DNA of 64,000 bases. Origin: Octopus vulgaris (lineage: Eukaryota). Within the stretch, counting starts at the first letter, position 1. Every line of letters begins with the position of its first letter. The position numbers and the translations under genes are program-made. Of the stretch, positions 29,864 to 43,430 are shown one piece after another. Under the pieces are notes generated by a model. That model was given only the letters and a program-made list of their open reading frames with translations. It was not told where the DNA came from and ran no database searches. The stretch covers positions 90,520,001 through 90,584,000 of the forward strand of contig OX597824.1 of NCBI GenBank assembly GCA_951406725.2, read 5' to 3'.

Positions 29864-30150
29864 CGTGCCGATGACGGCTATTGAGCCGGAAACATGCCTG
29901 CACGACTATCCTCTAATCTCGAGTCAATAATGACGCCAATTTGGGAGAATTCTTGATTCCTGCTATCATGTCCCCTTCTCCCAAGGAGATGATTTTTATT
30001 GCCATTTTGTACGTGAGATATATATTCGTTAGGCGTGAAAATTCTTTTATTATAATAAATCAGCAATTTTTGTTGTATGGTATTTTATATAAACCTGTAT
30101 CTATTGATGGTGTTGAAATACAAGCCATTGGTCAATCTCAGTTACTTCTC
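29864..30150. mobile_element. Penelope-like remnant: degenerate hammerhead (+) and possible GIY-YIG fragment (-)
   Basis: cgtg-CCGAUGA-cggcu-auug-agccg-GAAAC...cacg (29864-29904). Minus strand DTGLYKIPYNKNC (30101-30063) resembles GVYKIPCxxC. Confidence 0.45.
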
Positions 30151-30229
30151 ATGAATAAATTTGATTTAAATTGTAAATATTTATAGGTATTGTCATATAT
30201 ATAGTAGCTTTATAGTAGCTTACCTTTTG

Positions 30230-30876
30230 ACTTATTTTAGAACATGGTTGAGTCTATAAAATAGGATTTGACTACACCTTCATTTAGAATACAGTCTAAG
30301 CTATCTTTTCGTGGAAGAAGGTTTATGTTCCTATAACCTGTGCTAATTATGTAACCCTTTAAAATGGAAATAAGAAAGTTCATTTTTGGCATTTGATGCT
30401 TTTCTTTTTCCGTAAAAGGAAAATGCTTCACAAGTAACCAAAGAAATATGCACAGTTTATGGTGATATTTCTTTATCCGAAAGAACTGTACAGAATTGGT
30501 TCGCAAGGTTCCGAGCTGGAAATTGTAGGCTTATTGATAAAGATATCAGGCAGACCATCCACTACAGATGATGACCAAATCAAGTCATTTATTGAGAATA
30601 ACCCACATTGCAGAAAGCGTCAACCTATCAAAATCCGTCGTCCATGAGCACCTGGAAAACAAATCGCTACGATGTTTGGGTACCACATGAGTTGAGTGGG
30701 AAGAACCTTTTCGATCGCATTTCTATCTGTGATTCGCTTTATAAACGCACCTTTTTTTTAAAGCAAATTGGGACAGGTGATGAGAAATGGATTATCTACC
30801 AACATGTTTAGAGAAGCGATCCTGGAGTAAGCGACGTGAGTCACCCTTATCCACCCACAAAGCGAGTCTTCACCCT
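30230..30876 (+). pseudogene. Mariner transposase 5' half, same family as 22279-22805
   Basis: 5' UTR similar to 22670-22800. Motifs RTVQNWFARFRAG, SGRPST, VWVPHEL, GTGDEKWIIY, KRSWSK, KASLHP, with frameshifts. Confidence 0.92.
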
Positions 30877-31109
30877 ATAAAATTATATATATATATATTT
30901 AATCCAAACAAGAAAGCACAAAAAAACACAACAACGCGAGGACGTGGAACAAATATATTATTATTGGACGCTCAGGAAAGAAGGAGGGTTTAACGTATCG
31001 AGCGCGGAGCTCTTCGTCGGAAACATAGGAGAAGGAAAGATCCAGAGAAGGGAAGACAGAGGAAAAAAATCGCCAACGGTACACACGCGGTCACATTTTG
31101 AATGACTGG

Positions 31110-31161
<52 letters not shown>

Positions 31162-31164
31162 ATA

Positions 31165-31225
<61 letters not shown>

Positions 31226-31612
31226 GCCAGACAGACAGACAGACAGATAGGTATATGCTCACATACACACAGGGATACATACACCCATATAAACACTACC
31301 ATCGACAGAATATACCCAGTGCACAAGTGTATAATCTAATCTACACTTATTTATGTCTAAATTACGATTTAAATTGTGTAAAAGGAACGAATGATCGAAG
31401 GCGCCGAGACGATATCGTTATGGCGCTTCAGCCCTAGGTCAGCTGTGAGGATAGCGAATTTCCCCCCCCGCTTACTGCAAGGCTTTGTGTGCGCGAGAGT
31501 TTGCGTGTGTGTGTGTGTGCGTGCGTGTGTGTGCGTGCGTGCGTGTGTTTGTGTGTGTGTGTGTGTGTATGTGTGTGTGTGTGTGTGTAAGTGTTCATAT
31601 ATATATATATAA

Positions 31613-31752
31613 ACAACTTTCTCTCACTCTTTCTTCTGTTGGCCTACTTGCTTAGCCAGCGGGGTGGCGTCATTTGAAGGGTAAAACAACGCATTGTGAT
31701 CAGCAATGTTTAGCAACATCTGATAGCCTGCTCGGTCACGGTGGTCACGGTG

Positions 31753-31755
<3 letters not shown>
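31613..31755 (+). mobile_element. 3' part of a SINE related to family E but with a different tail
   Basis: Shares acaactttctctcactcttt with the family-E body, then diverges; ends in a (ggtcacggt) repeat. Confidence 0.45.
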
Positions 31756-31800
<45 letters not shown>

Positions 31801-32249
31801 CATATATGTATATATATATTTAAACACAAATATGTGCATATATATGTGTGTGCATATTTATGTAGAAACACATATTTAAAAGTGCATTTCTTATGTTCAG
31901 AAAGTATCCAGTTTTTAGGGTGTTTTACGGTTTCGTCAGAAAGAAGAAAGGGAAAAGTCCAAAGAGGGAAAAGAAAACGCCAACAGCAAACGTGTAGTTA
32001 GGTTACCGAATTAATATGTGTGTGTGTCTGTGCATGTGTGTAATCGTTAGCCACTACACACATTTTTTTCTCTCCTTGTTTCTCTCTTTGTTTTTTCTGT
32101 GTACCTTTCTGTATAAACAAGCAGGTGTATTAGTTTGACGCTCGGGAAAGTGAGAAAGTCTTTTACGTTTCGAGCCGACGCTCTCCAACAGAAAGGAACA
32201 CGAGGAAATAAATAGAGAGCAAATATATATATATGTATATGTATATATG

Positions 32250-32390
<141 letters not shown>

Positions 32391-32443
32391 GAAATATTAA
32401 AATTACTAAGTCTATCTAAAGGAGATTACGGCAGCGTTACTGG

Positions 32444-32742
32444 ATATTAATAGTTATCGCCATACTAATATGGCAGTCTATAAATATAAGACTAAAGCTG
32501 TCGCTGATTAGCTCCAAGAGGCCATCGCCTCTAGCTAGCTATATGACACACGAACCTGCGTCCATTACAACCTTCGAACAGGGGAGGTCAGCCGCTTCTC
32601 CTTGCTGTTCGAAGGTTGTAATGGACGCAGATTCGTGTGTCATATAGCTAGCTAGAGGCGATGGCCTCTTGGAGCTAATCAGCGACAGCTTTAGCCTTAT
32701 ATTTATAGACTGCCATATTAGTATGGCGATAACTATTAATAT
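32444..32742. repeat. Near-perfect long palindrome (138-bp arms, 23-nt spacer)
   Basis: 32444-32581 versus 32605-32742; two mismatches seen. Confidence 0.95.
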
Positions 32743-33419
32743 ATATACATATATATATACATATATATATATATGAAGTGGTACGGATGAATGAAATACG
32801 TACCAGTAATTCCTCTGTGGAATGTCCGGTCGGCTATGCTGTGCTTCAGATATCTCCTCTATCTTATAACTGTCGCCCACACCAAGTTATAGCGCCTTGA
32901 ATTTAAAGAAGGGCGCAAATCTTATTGAAGTTTAATTCAATTTAGAGAAATTAGAACGATAGACAAGAAATAATAGTAAAAATGAAGGAAAATAAATAAA
33001 GAAGGAAATGAAAGAATAACTAAGTAAATAGGATAAACGTAGTTAAGTAAATATATAAAAATCAAATAAATTAAAATATAACATTGTGACGGTGTTGCTT
33101 ACTGTAAGGGCTGAAGTTCAAACATAACCTACGGTTAAACTATTTTGATTTTCGCTCGGATTTTTTTTCATTATTTTTTTTAAAACATACTCTCCCAAAT
33201 CAATTTAAAGTGAAAGAACAGACAAAACAACAACAGCAACAACAACTTCAACATCAACAAATATCAAACAATAAATAACAAATGCAACACAGAAAAAAAA
33301 ATCACAACTACAGCAATAATGGCGAAATTAACAAACAAACGAACAAGCGATATTGTAATGAATTATTTAAATTAAATATATTATTCAAATATGGCCGCTG
33401 AGCTGATGTCAACCATTTT

Positions 33420-34330
33420 GTTTTTCTCTTTTCATCCTTCTTTCTTCCTCTCTCTTTCTTCTTCTTCTTCTTCTTCTTCTTCTTCTTCTTCTTCTTCTTC
33501 TTCTTCTTCTTCTTCTTCTTCTTCTTCTTCTTCTTCTTCTTCTTCTTCTTCTTCTTCTTCTTCTTTACGTCTCTCTATTAAATTCTCTTTTAGTTTTATT
33601 CTTACTCTCTCTTAATCTCTCTCGCTTTCTTTCTTAAACTCTTTCTCTCTCACTTTCTCTCTCTCCCTCTCTCTCTCTCTCATTCTTCTTCACCTTCCCG
33701 ATTTTTACTCTCTTGGTTGCCACATTTTGTCCATAGCCTCCATAGCCTTCATTCTTTTAGTCCTTCTTTCTCTTTCCATTTTTTCTTTCTCACACCCTCT
33801 TTACCTGCCTTTCTTCTCCCACCCTCTCTCTTTCTTCCTCTCATTCCTTCTTTCACAATCACACTTTCTTTCTGCATCTGGTTCTATCTCTCCCATCCAT
33901 TCATCTTCAACTTTCTCTCCTCCCTCATTCTCACTCTTTCTTTCCCACCTCTCTTTTCGCTCGTTCATTCTTCGCCTTCCTTTTCCCAGTCATTTTCGTT
34001 CTCTCTCTCTCTCTCTCTCTCTCTTTTTCACTGCTTTACTTCTCTCTCGTTCCTTCTCTTCTGTCCTCACCCCTCACATTTCTACTTTCACTTTCACTTT
34101 CACTTTCAATATCCCCCCTCTCTCTCTATCTTTTCCCTCATACTACAACCCTGTCTTTCATTCCATCCAACGTCTCCTTCCACCCCACTATCTCATTCCA
34201 TCCTTTTCCTTTTCTCATTTCCCTCTCTGTTTCTCTCTCATTTTCTCCCTCACTCTTTCTCCTCTCTTTCTCTCTACTCCTTCATCTCCCCCCCCCATAT
34301 TACTCTTTTTCTTCCTCCATCTCAATATAA
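33420..34330. repeat. Long polypyrimidine tract including (TTC)n at 33457-33562
   Basis: Direct reading. Confidence 0.9.
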
Positions 34331-34421
34331 CATGTCTTTGCTAATTACATCATTAAATGAGTCATCTAGATGGTTTACTCTTGATTAAAACCATGTTTTA
34401 TTTCCCTGTTTATGTGTTTAT

Positions 34422-34470
<49 letters not shown>

Positions 34471-34684
34471 TTGTTGTTGTTGATTAGCGAACTTACTCAA
34501 GCAACCGTTTATTTTTTTCTTGGCTTTATACAAAACTCACACAAACACACACGTGTGTGTATGTGTGTTTGTACATGTGTTGATGTCTGTGCGTTTATGT
34601 GTGTGTTGTATGCTTGTTTGTGCGTTTGTGTGTTCGTCTGTATGTGTGTGTTCGTTTGCTTGTATATGCGTGTATGAGTGTATT

Positions 34685-34733
<49 letters not shown>

Positions 34734-34882
34734 ATGTGTGCGTTTCTTTTTGGAAAGTAATTATATGTTTATATTTTGTTCCTTTAGTACATTAGTAATT
34801 AAAACATTAAAGAATTATAAATGAACTGTGTGTGTGTGTGTGTGTGTATCAATACATACATATATGTCTACATATACATGTA

Positions 34883-34917
<35 letters not shown>

Positions 34918-34929
34918 CAATATATATAT

Positions 34930-35009
<80 letters not shown>

Positions 35010-35209
35010 GTCTATATATATATCTATATGTTACGTTTATATATTTGTTGTGCAAGATTTTTTATGTGAAGTCGTGTGTTGAAACAGATATTGTTATATT
35101 TCCGAATGGTCATTTTGCCAGTTTAGCCAATAAAAACACACGCACTATATATTTGGTGTTATTTTGCTTCAGTGTTATTTATTTTTTACATTAATCTTAA
35201 TCTTATTTC

Positions 35210-35254
35210 GGCTAGAGTTCTTTCGTCACACTCCTGTGACCGCATCAGTGGTCC
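35210..35254 (-). ncRNA. Hammerhead-like motif (A9 altered)
   Basis: CUGAUGC-g-gucaca-ggag-ugugac-GAAA-gaac-UC. Perfect 6-bp stem II, weak stem I. Confidence 0.45.
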
Positions 35255-35522
35255 TTTGTTTTCTTCTTTCTTATTTGTGTCAGCCATTTTGTAGTTCAGA
35301 AAGAATGGAAAAGTCTTTTAACTGACCGTTTCACGTTTTGTTGATCGCTTCTCAGAGGAATGCCCGGTTACCTTTCCCAATCATTATCATAGAGTATTAA
35401 CCTACAATATATACAGCAGTTATAAATCAGATTAGCACCGTAGTGAATAGCTTTATTTGCATAGTTGTGCATTTTGCATGGTCCTCTCTCATCCGTCGCC
35501 CTGACGGTAAATAAAAGAAATC

Positions 35523-35742
35523 AAAGCCGGCGGTTAGCACGCCGGGCGAAATGCTTAACGGCATTTCGTTTGTCGCTACGTTCTGAGTTCAAATTCCGCC
35601 GAGGTCGACTTTGCCTTTCATCCTTTCGGGGTCGATTAAATAAGTACCAGTTACGCACTGGGGTCGATATAATCGACTTAATACTTTGTCAGTCCTTGTT
35701 TGTCCTCCCTGTGTTTAGCCCCTTGTGGGTAGTAAAGAAATA
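35523..35742 (+). mobile_element. SINE family C, 5'-truncated, with a 17-bp TSD
   Basis: ggtaaataaaagaaatc at 35506-35522 and 35743-35759. Confidence 0.92.
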
Positions 35743-35865
35743 GGTAAATAAAAGAAATCCTCCTCCTCCTCCTCCTCATCATCATCATCATCATCATCAT
35801 CATCTACATTCTTTTAATTCAGGCTTTGTTAGAACTCCTGGAATCTTGAATGAGTAGCGGGTTTA

Positions 35866-36400
35866 CTACCTGTACCCTACGGTACCATAATCTTTGTTCT
35901 GTTCAAATATTTTAATACTTTCCTGGTAATTCTGGCTGAACCAAGGAGGCAAATGTTTTGCAACTGCGCTACAGAACATTCTATACCCATTTTCTTTATG
36001 CTCCTCTCGATGTCTTTTGATTCTGTCCCTAAATCCCCAACAGTAATTGGCACTTAACTTCAGCTTCTTCATCTTCCATAGTCGGGTTATCTCGTATTTA
36101 AGAGATAAAACCTTACAACCATTGGTGATAACTGAGAAGCGATTATAGCAGATATTTTTGTCTTTGGGTTGAGCTGTGTTTTGAAGATAGTTCGAACTCT
36201 CCATAGCATTGTTTCTTGATATTCTTCTCTATTCTGACGTGAAGAATACCTTGACCTTCATTGACCCCTAAATACTTGCAGTTTGCTCCAGTTTCTTTTC
36301 CCTAATTACAGAATCCACATGAATTTCCATTGAGTTTTTGTTTATGTCCTGCATTTTTTTTAATGTTATGGATCTAGTCTTTCTCATTCGTTAAACGAGC
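35866..36400 (-). pseudogene. Possible decayed LINE ORF1 region
   Basis: K/E-rich non-microsatellite ORF remnant with in-frame stops upstream; no diagnostic motif. Confidence 0.25.
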
Positions 36401-37137
36401 CCCCGCCCCTTAATTTTGCTCAGATTGCTTTCAATTCTGGTGTATCGATGCAACTCTGAATTTTGATTACGATCAATCAGTTACTTTATCTCGCAAATTA
36501 AAGAATCTGATGTTATTTGGAATTAAAGTAAAGAAATTTGGGTAATTTTTTGCCAATCAAGGGACAGCAAAGCATTAGCAGCTTGCTACCATGACAACCG
36601 AACGCTGAGTTGTGGTTCACTGGTGTCTGTGACGCTGTTGTCGATGTTGATTTTTCACACTTGATTCTTCACACCACGAGATTCTTTTCACCTGCGTGTT
36701 TTGTTTTAATTCTTCTGTGTGTTAGTATATTACATATTTTTCTGTGCTTTTGTGTGTTAGTATTTTTACATATTTTTCATACCATATATTTTTGGGATCA
36801 TTGACTCAGATAGCTGGATTTATGATTTCACTAGGCAAATTCTATTCATAAAAATTTAAATTAGGAGTATTTATTAAACCGTTAGCTGCACATTTCAACA
36901 GCTTAACTGAAATTTAGCCCACGTAACAGAAACTGAGAGAGTTATCGTGGAACAGAGAAACTATGAGTGATACACATAATTTGGCATTATTTTTGAATTC
37001 TGCATGCAAAAACATACAAGATACAGATATTCTTTTCCTTGGGACAAATTTTTTGTTGACCACTGTTTTTCTTGTAGTTTACAAATCCAAGCATGAAAAC
37101 GTTACTCAAATCTGGAGTTTTGGAGACAGACAACCCC

Positions 37138-37203
<66 letters not shown>

Positions 37204-37920
37204 ATACACACACACACACATACTCACTTATATATTAATGATGTACACAAATACATGACAGGTGTACATAATAAAGTAAAATACGCTTAAAGTAAATACA
37301 TGCAGACAAATATATTAATATAACAAATTAAACAATAATAAAGAATATAATCAATAAAGTGACAAAAGGAACAGTAAGATGATACATGCTGATTTTATTA
37401 GGTGTTTCTGTTTATTTAGAAACCAACAATGAACAGGTCAGACGCTAAACTATAAATTTCACAGGGTACAACTTAAAGTTGACACCACTCCGCTAATCAC
37501 AGAAAATTTCTGTCTCGCTATTGACTAAAAATACCCAAATCTGATTCGATTTTTAAACCTCTGTAACATTTTCTCCAATTTTTTTCGTCACCACAGCATA
37601 CCTTCAAAGCAATGAGACGGGAAGACTACTTTATTGTAGCCAATTTTCAGATTGTTTTTTACTTTTAAAAAATGCATATTTTGCGAATGAAAAGAACTAG
37701 ATCCAATGTTGTTTTCGCGCATTTTCCAATTCAGACCCCATCTCGGAATCGTTACTGAATACCTCAACAGCTTTGTTGACTTTGTCTTTCATTCTTTTGG
37801 GGGCCGATAAAATAAATAGCAGCAGAGCACTAGGGTCGATGTATTCGCCTAGGCGAATACGTCAATTCCAGGCCTTGTGCCTATAGAAAACAATATTGTT
37901 ATATTTGTTGTTGTTGTTAC

Positions 37921-38519
37921 TTATTTCTTTATTGCACACAAGGGGCTAAACAGAGAGGGGACAAACAAGGACAGACAAAGGATTAAGTCGATTACATCGA
38001 CCTCAGTACGTAACTGATACTTAATTTACCGACCCCAAAAGATGAAAGGCAAAGTCGACCTCGGCGGAATTTGAAGTCAGAACGTAACGGCAGACGAAAT
38101 ACCTATTTCTTTATTACCCACAAGGGGCTAAACAGAGAGGGTACAAACAAGGACAGACATAAGTATTAAGTCGATTACATCGACCCCAGTGCGTAACTGG
38201 TACTTAATTTATCGACCCCGAAAGGATAAACGGCAAAGTCGACCTCGGCGGAATTTGAACTCACAACGTTGCGACAGGCGAAATACCTATTTCTTTACTA
38301 CCCACAAGGGGATGAACACAGAAGGGACAAACAAGGACAGACAAACGGATCAAGTTGATTACATCGACCCCAGCACGTAACTGATACTTAATTTATTGAC
38401 CCCAAAAGGATGAAAGGCAAAGTCGACCTCGGCGGAATTTGAACTCAGAACGTTGGGGCAGACGAAATACCGCTAAGCACTTCGCCCGGCGTGCTAACGT
38501 TTCTGCCAGCTCACCGCCT
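37921..38519 (-). mobile_element. SINE family C head-to-tail trimer (one head, three bodies)
   Basis: Units of about 183 bp at 37921-38103, 38104-38286 and 38287-38519; only the last carries the ggcggtgagctggcagaaac head. Confidence 0.92.
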
Positions 38520-39001
38520 TGTTGTTGTTGTTGTTGTTGATACTACTACGAAAAAGGATGACCACCACGCCTTCACCACTAAAGTGTAACCGCTTCTGAA
38601 CGCCGCGCCAATACCATCATACCATTTTACTTCCATGGCACCACCGCAATCTTCGTCTTGATTTTCGAGGTTTCCTACGCCGATGGCAATCACCATCGCA
38701 ATCACCATCACAATTACCACCACCACCGCCGCCGCCGCCACCACCACAACCGTCTGCTCCACCATCGTCGCCTCATCTCTCGTTGTGTGTGTTCTTGCTT
38801 ATGTATCATAATAGCTGTTAATTGCCCTTCTTTCCAATATCTTTCCGCCAGAGGTCAAAGCGATTAACGGTTTTATTTGATACCTATCAACACCATATTG
38901 CTTACATAATTATATACATACCGCTCTTATACACACACACACCTCCCACCACAGACACTCCTGCCAACTCATTCTAGCATATACATACATATATAAATAT
39001 A

Positions 39002-39073
<72 letters not shown>

Positions 39074-39529
39074 ATGCGTGTATGTAAGTCTGCATTTATT
39101 TGTGTAAATATTTATACGTATAATTATTCATATACACACACACATACATAGGCTTACTTAGATACATAAGTATGTACACACGAGTGCACACGCACATATA
39201 CGTGTGTATTTATACTTTGGCGTATATGTAGAACCATTTTCCAAAGAATATCCATATATAAACCTAATGCATATATGTATAGAATTATATACACACGCAC
39301 GTGTATACGTATATACATAAGTATATGCAGATGTCGAGACAGTTGAATAATTGTGTCTATAAACGAAAAAAATGTACTCAATACATATTAATAAGGTTTT
39401 TACACTCTATTTGGTGTTAAATATTCCTGATTCATATCTCGAAGTCTTACACCGCTAATTATTAAAATAACATATATACGCACATGTATAATGATTATGT
39501 ATATTCATTGCATTTTTATTCATGTATTC

Positions 39530-39561
<32 letters not shown>

Positions 39562-39596
39562 ATGTAAGTATGTATATATATATGTGTGTGTATATA

Positions 39597-39633
<37 letters not shown>

Positions 39634-39635
<2 letters not shown>

Positions 39636-40165
39636 TGTAGCTTCGTCTCAGAGCTGCGGCCATGCTGATGCACCGCCGTTTTACTACACTGTTATTACTG
39701 AGAGCCCCCTCCAATATGTGGCACTTGGTGAAGAATAGTGTTTGATGTAGCTACCCTCATTTGCCCCTCTTGCCTTGATGTAGGTTCATCTGGGACTCTC
39801 GACAGGAAGAGGTCCAGCTTTGATTTTAAAACGCCTACATCTACTTTGTGCAGGTTCCTCAGGCTCTTTGGGAGAATATTAGAAAGGTGTGGGCCCTTGA
39901 AACCCAAGCTGTTGCAGTAGCTGGTCCTGAAGCGTGATGGCATTGCTGGGATCTTTGGCACTATGCAGTGTCGTCCCGTTCTGGCATTGGTGTACCTTTC
40001 AATGCCAAAATATGGCACAATTCCTTCCAGGATCTTCCAGTTATATATTACTGCATACCTCTCCCGCCTTCTTTCCAGGGAGTAGAGTCTTAGCTGTTTC
40101 AGCCTTTCCCTGTAGCTGAGCAATTGCAAAGGAGCGATTTTCTTTGTGAATCTTCTCTGGATTTG
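39634..40165 (-). pseudogene. CR1/Jockey-group LINE ORF2 C-terminus plus 3' UTR (5'-truncated)
   Basis: SYRERLKQLRLYSLERRRERYAVIYNWKILEG...SKLDLFLSRVPDEP; tail ggcggtgcatcagcatggccgcagctctgagacgaa. Confidence 0.9.
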
Positions 40166-40633
40166 TATATATATATATATATATATACCGGAGTAAGCAC
40201 TTAAATGCGAAACAAGGTGGAAAAAAGAGTACTCAAATACCAGAGGTAGAGTAACATGCCTTACTAAAAAGCAGCAGAAATATCACAAAAAACTGTTACT
40301 CAGAGTTTTGAGTTCCCGTTCGTCGGAACTCTGATTAAAAAAGTTTGCTTTAGATTCATGTATTGGTGTGTTTTGCAAGAAACAGGTTTCTTTCTCTAAG
40401 ATTTTATACAGTTCAACCTACACAAGTTAATGCGAAAAAAAGACAATAGGAAATTTGAAAGAAGTTTTGTATAAAACTAGTTTTTAAACATCAGATGGCT
40501 ATTAGGGTCCACCCGAATAAAATAGTAATCAAAGGGGTCCATATTTAATGAATGAGTGAGAAGCACTGTGCTAAGAGCTTTATCGGTGCGAAACCAAAGG
40601 TCATTCTTTGACAGACCATAACTTTTAACCATG

Positions 40634-40767
40634 TGCTTACCAACCACATGGTTCCGGGGTCAGTCCCACGGCGTGGCACCTTGGGCAAGTGTCTTCTGCT
40701 TATAGTCTCGGGTTGACCAATGCCTGGTGAATGGATTTGGTAGACGGAAACTGAAAGAAGCCCGTCG

Positions 40768-40862
<95 letters not shown>

Positions 40863-41050
40863 GTCTCCTATCACTTAACAGCAGGTGTTAGTTCATTTAT
40901 GTCCTTGTGACATAGCGGTTCAACAAAACAGGTCTATGTAATAAAACCTAAAATATAAGCAATTATTGGAGTTAATTCGTTCGACTAAATCATTCAAGGT
41001 GGTGCTCTAGCTTGGCTGCAATCCAATGACTGAAACAGGTTAAAGATAAA
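40634..41050 (+). mobile_element. SINE family A, near full length
   Basis: accttgggcaagtgtcttct...gaaagaagcccgtcg-(TA)n(TG)n-...tgactgaaacagg. Confidence 0.9.
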
Positions 41051-41074
41051 GGCTAACAAACCAAACATTCACTC

Positions 41075-41290
41075 AGCAGAGTTCTTGAGCAGCAAGGGAT
41101 GGCTTCAAATATTTAATTATCAAAGCGATCTACCTAAGTTGAATGACAAAAGTAGATCAAGCGAGAAGAAAACTGATGAAGAATTTGAGCCACAATTAAC
41201 TGAAATAATTGAAGGATGCTGTTGTTTGAAACGAATAATTAAAGAGGACGAAAGTGGTCTATTTCGGAAAGATAAATGATTAAGATAACT
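41075..41290 (+). pseudogene. Tigger/pogo transposase remnant
   Basis: EFLSSKGWL...EEFEPQLTEII...DESGLFRK resembles Tigger F.AS.GW...DETGLFWK. Confidence 0.65.
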
Positions 41291-41790
41291 TTTGCATCAA
41301 GAATAGCAAAAAAAAAAAAAAAAAAACGGTTGAGGGATGGAGTTAAAGATTGAATCCCATTATCAGTTTCCACTCCATCGGTTACATCGATGATGTTTCC
41401 AGTTGATCCGATCAACGGAACAGCCTGCTCGTGAAATTAACGTGCAAGTGGCTGAGTACTCCACAGACACGTGTAGCCTTAACGTAGTTTTCGGAGAGAT
41501 TCAGTGTGACACAGAGTGTGACAGGGCTAGCCATTTGAATTACAGGTGTAACAGAAACACAAGGACACGCACACACATGAAACAGAAGCACAGACACACG
41601 CACACACATATATGTAGGATGAGGTTTCACACAGTTTCTGTACCAAATTCAGTCACAAGGCATTAGTCGGTTCATGGCTATAGTAAAAGACACTGCCATG
41701 CCTGGGCCTGTGACGTGGGTTGCATGAAAAATCCTTACTGCTTTTTTCTCGAATGACAAAGCTGTCTGCAGAGGCGATGCTTATCCAGTT

Positions 41791-42024
41791 CAAGGCGGTG
41801 AGCTGGCAGAACCGTTAGCACGCCGGCCGAAATGCGTAGCCGTATTTCGTCTGCCGTTACGTTCTGAGTTCAAATTCCGCCGAGGTCGACTTTGCCTTTA
41901 ATCCTTTCGGGGTCGATAAATTAAGTACCAGTTGCGCACTGGGGTCGATGTAATCGACTTAATCCGTTTGTCTGTCCTTGTTTGTCCCCTCTGCGTTTAG
42001 CCCCTTGTGGGCAATAAAGAAACA
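41791..42024 (+). mobile_element. SINE family C, full length, with a 15-bp TSD
   Basis: gatgcttatccagtt at 41776-41790 and 42025-42039. Confidence 0.95.
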
Positions 42025-42113
42025 GATGCTTATCCAGTTTTATCTCCTATCCAAAATAACAAAGCCTTTCTATAGATTCCACCATGCAACAATGTACGAT
42101 GTGTATTTTTAGC

Positions 42114-42524
42114 TTACTCTTTTACTCTTTTACTTGTTTCAGTCATTTGACTGCGGCCATGCTGGAGCACCGCCTTTAATCGAGCAACTCGACCCCGGGA
42201 CTTATTCTTTTGTAAGCCCAGTACTTATTCTATCGGTCTCTTTTGCCGAACCGCTAAGTAACGGGGACATAAACACACCAGCATCGGTTGTCAAGCAATG
42301 CTAGGGAGACAAACACACTCACACAAACACACACACGCATATATACATATATACATATATATGACGGACTTCTTTCAGTTTCCGTCTACCAAATCCACTC
42401 ACAAGGCTTTGGTCGGCCCGAGGCTATAGCAGAAGACACTTGCCCAAGGTGCCACGCAGTGGGACTGAACTCGGAACCATGTGGCTGGTAAACAAGCTAC
42501 TTACCACACAGCCACTCCTGCGCC
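42114..42524 (-). mobile_element. SINE family A, full length and young-looking
   Basis: Complete head-to-tail match with a short internal microsatellite and a (gtaaaaga)n tail. Confidence 0.93.
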
Positions 42525-43024
42525 TTGTTAAAGTTTCCGAAATTATTCAAGCCCTAATAACTTCCTTCCTCTATTTCAACTGTCTTCACAATTGCTCCAA
42601 CGTTCTAACAAAAATTAGAGCTGGCTCTCATTTCTATAGAATATCTGTGGAAACAACTTTAAACAAAATAGTTTATATTTAAATATTTCACATTTTCGAT
42701 AGAAACCTTTAAATTTTAAAGTTGATTTAATACTTTAATTTTTATTTCTAGAGAAACCAACTGTCTTGTCTGATTTACATTTGACATTTGTATCTGCATT
42801 ATTCAATATTTAAGAAACTATTTAAAAAAAATAAACCTCACTTAAGTGGTACTTTAGCGTGCGGTTTACCTCACTATTATCGTAGGAGTGAAATGAAAAT
42901 AAAATGAAAGCAAAGTGAAAAACTGGAATGAACAACACAAAACGATATGATGTGTTCCAAAAGGATAGACTTGAATTAAATGGAAAATCTACTGCAACCC
43001 AAACTGTAAAAACTGAAAGAAAAC

Positions 43025-43131
<107 letters not shown>

Positions 43132-43133
43132 GC

Positions 43134-43164
<31 letters not shown>

Positions 43165-43171
43165 TCTATCA

Positions 43172-43308
<137 letters not shown>

Positions 43309-43309
43309 C

Positions 43310-43344
<35 letters not shown>

Positions 43345-43392
43345 CCTATCTATCTATCTATCTATCTATATATCTATCTATCTATCTGTCGA

Positions 43393-43430
<38 letters not shown>

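Noticed and set aside
37921-38519. Regularly spaced repeats resembling a CRISPR array
   Set aside because: Whole units are homologous SINE bodies with no unique spacers and no cas genes, in a eukaryotic context.
38511-38867. His/Val-rich ORFs and an acceptor-like ttccgccag
   Set aside because: Degenerate (ACC/ATC)n low complexity with no downstream donor or open coding frame.
40295-40335. CCGACGA-containing hairpin on the minus strand
   Set aside because: GAAA is replaced by AAAA and stem II is unclear; kept only as a supporting hint.
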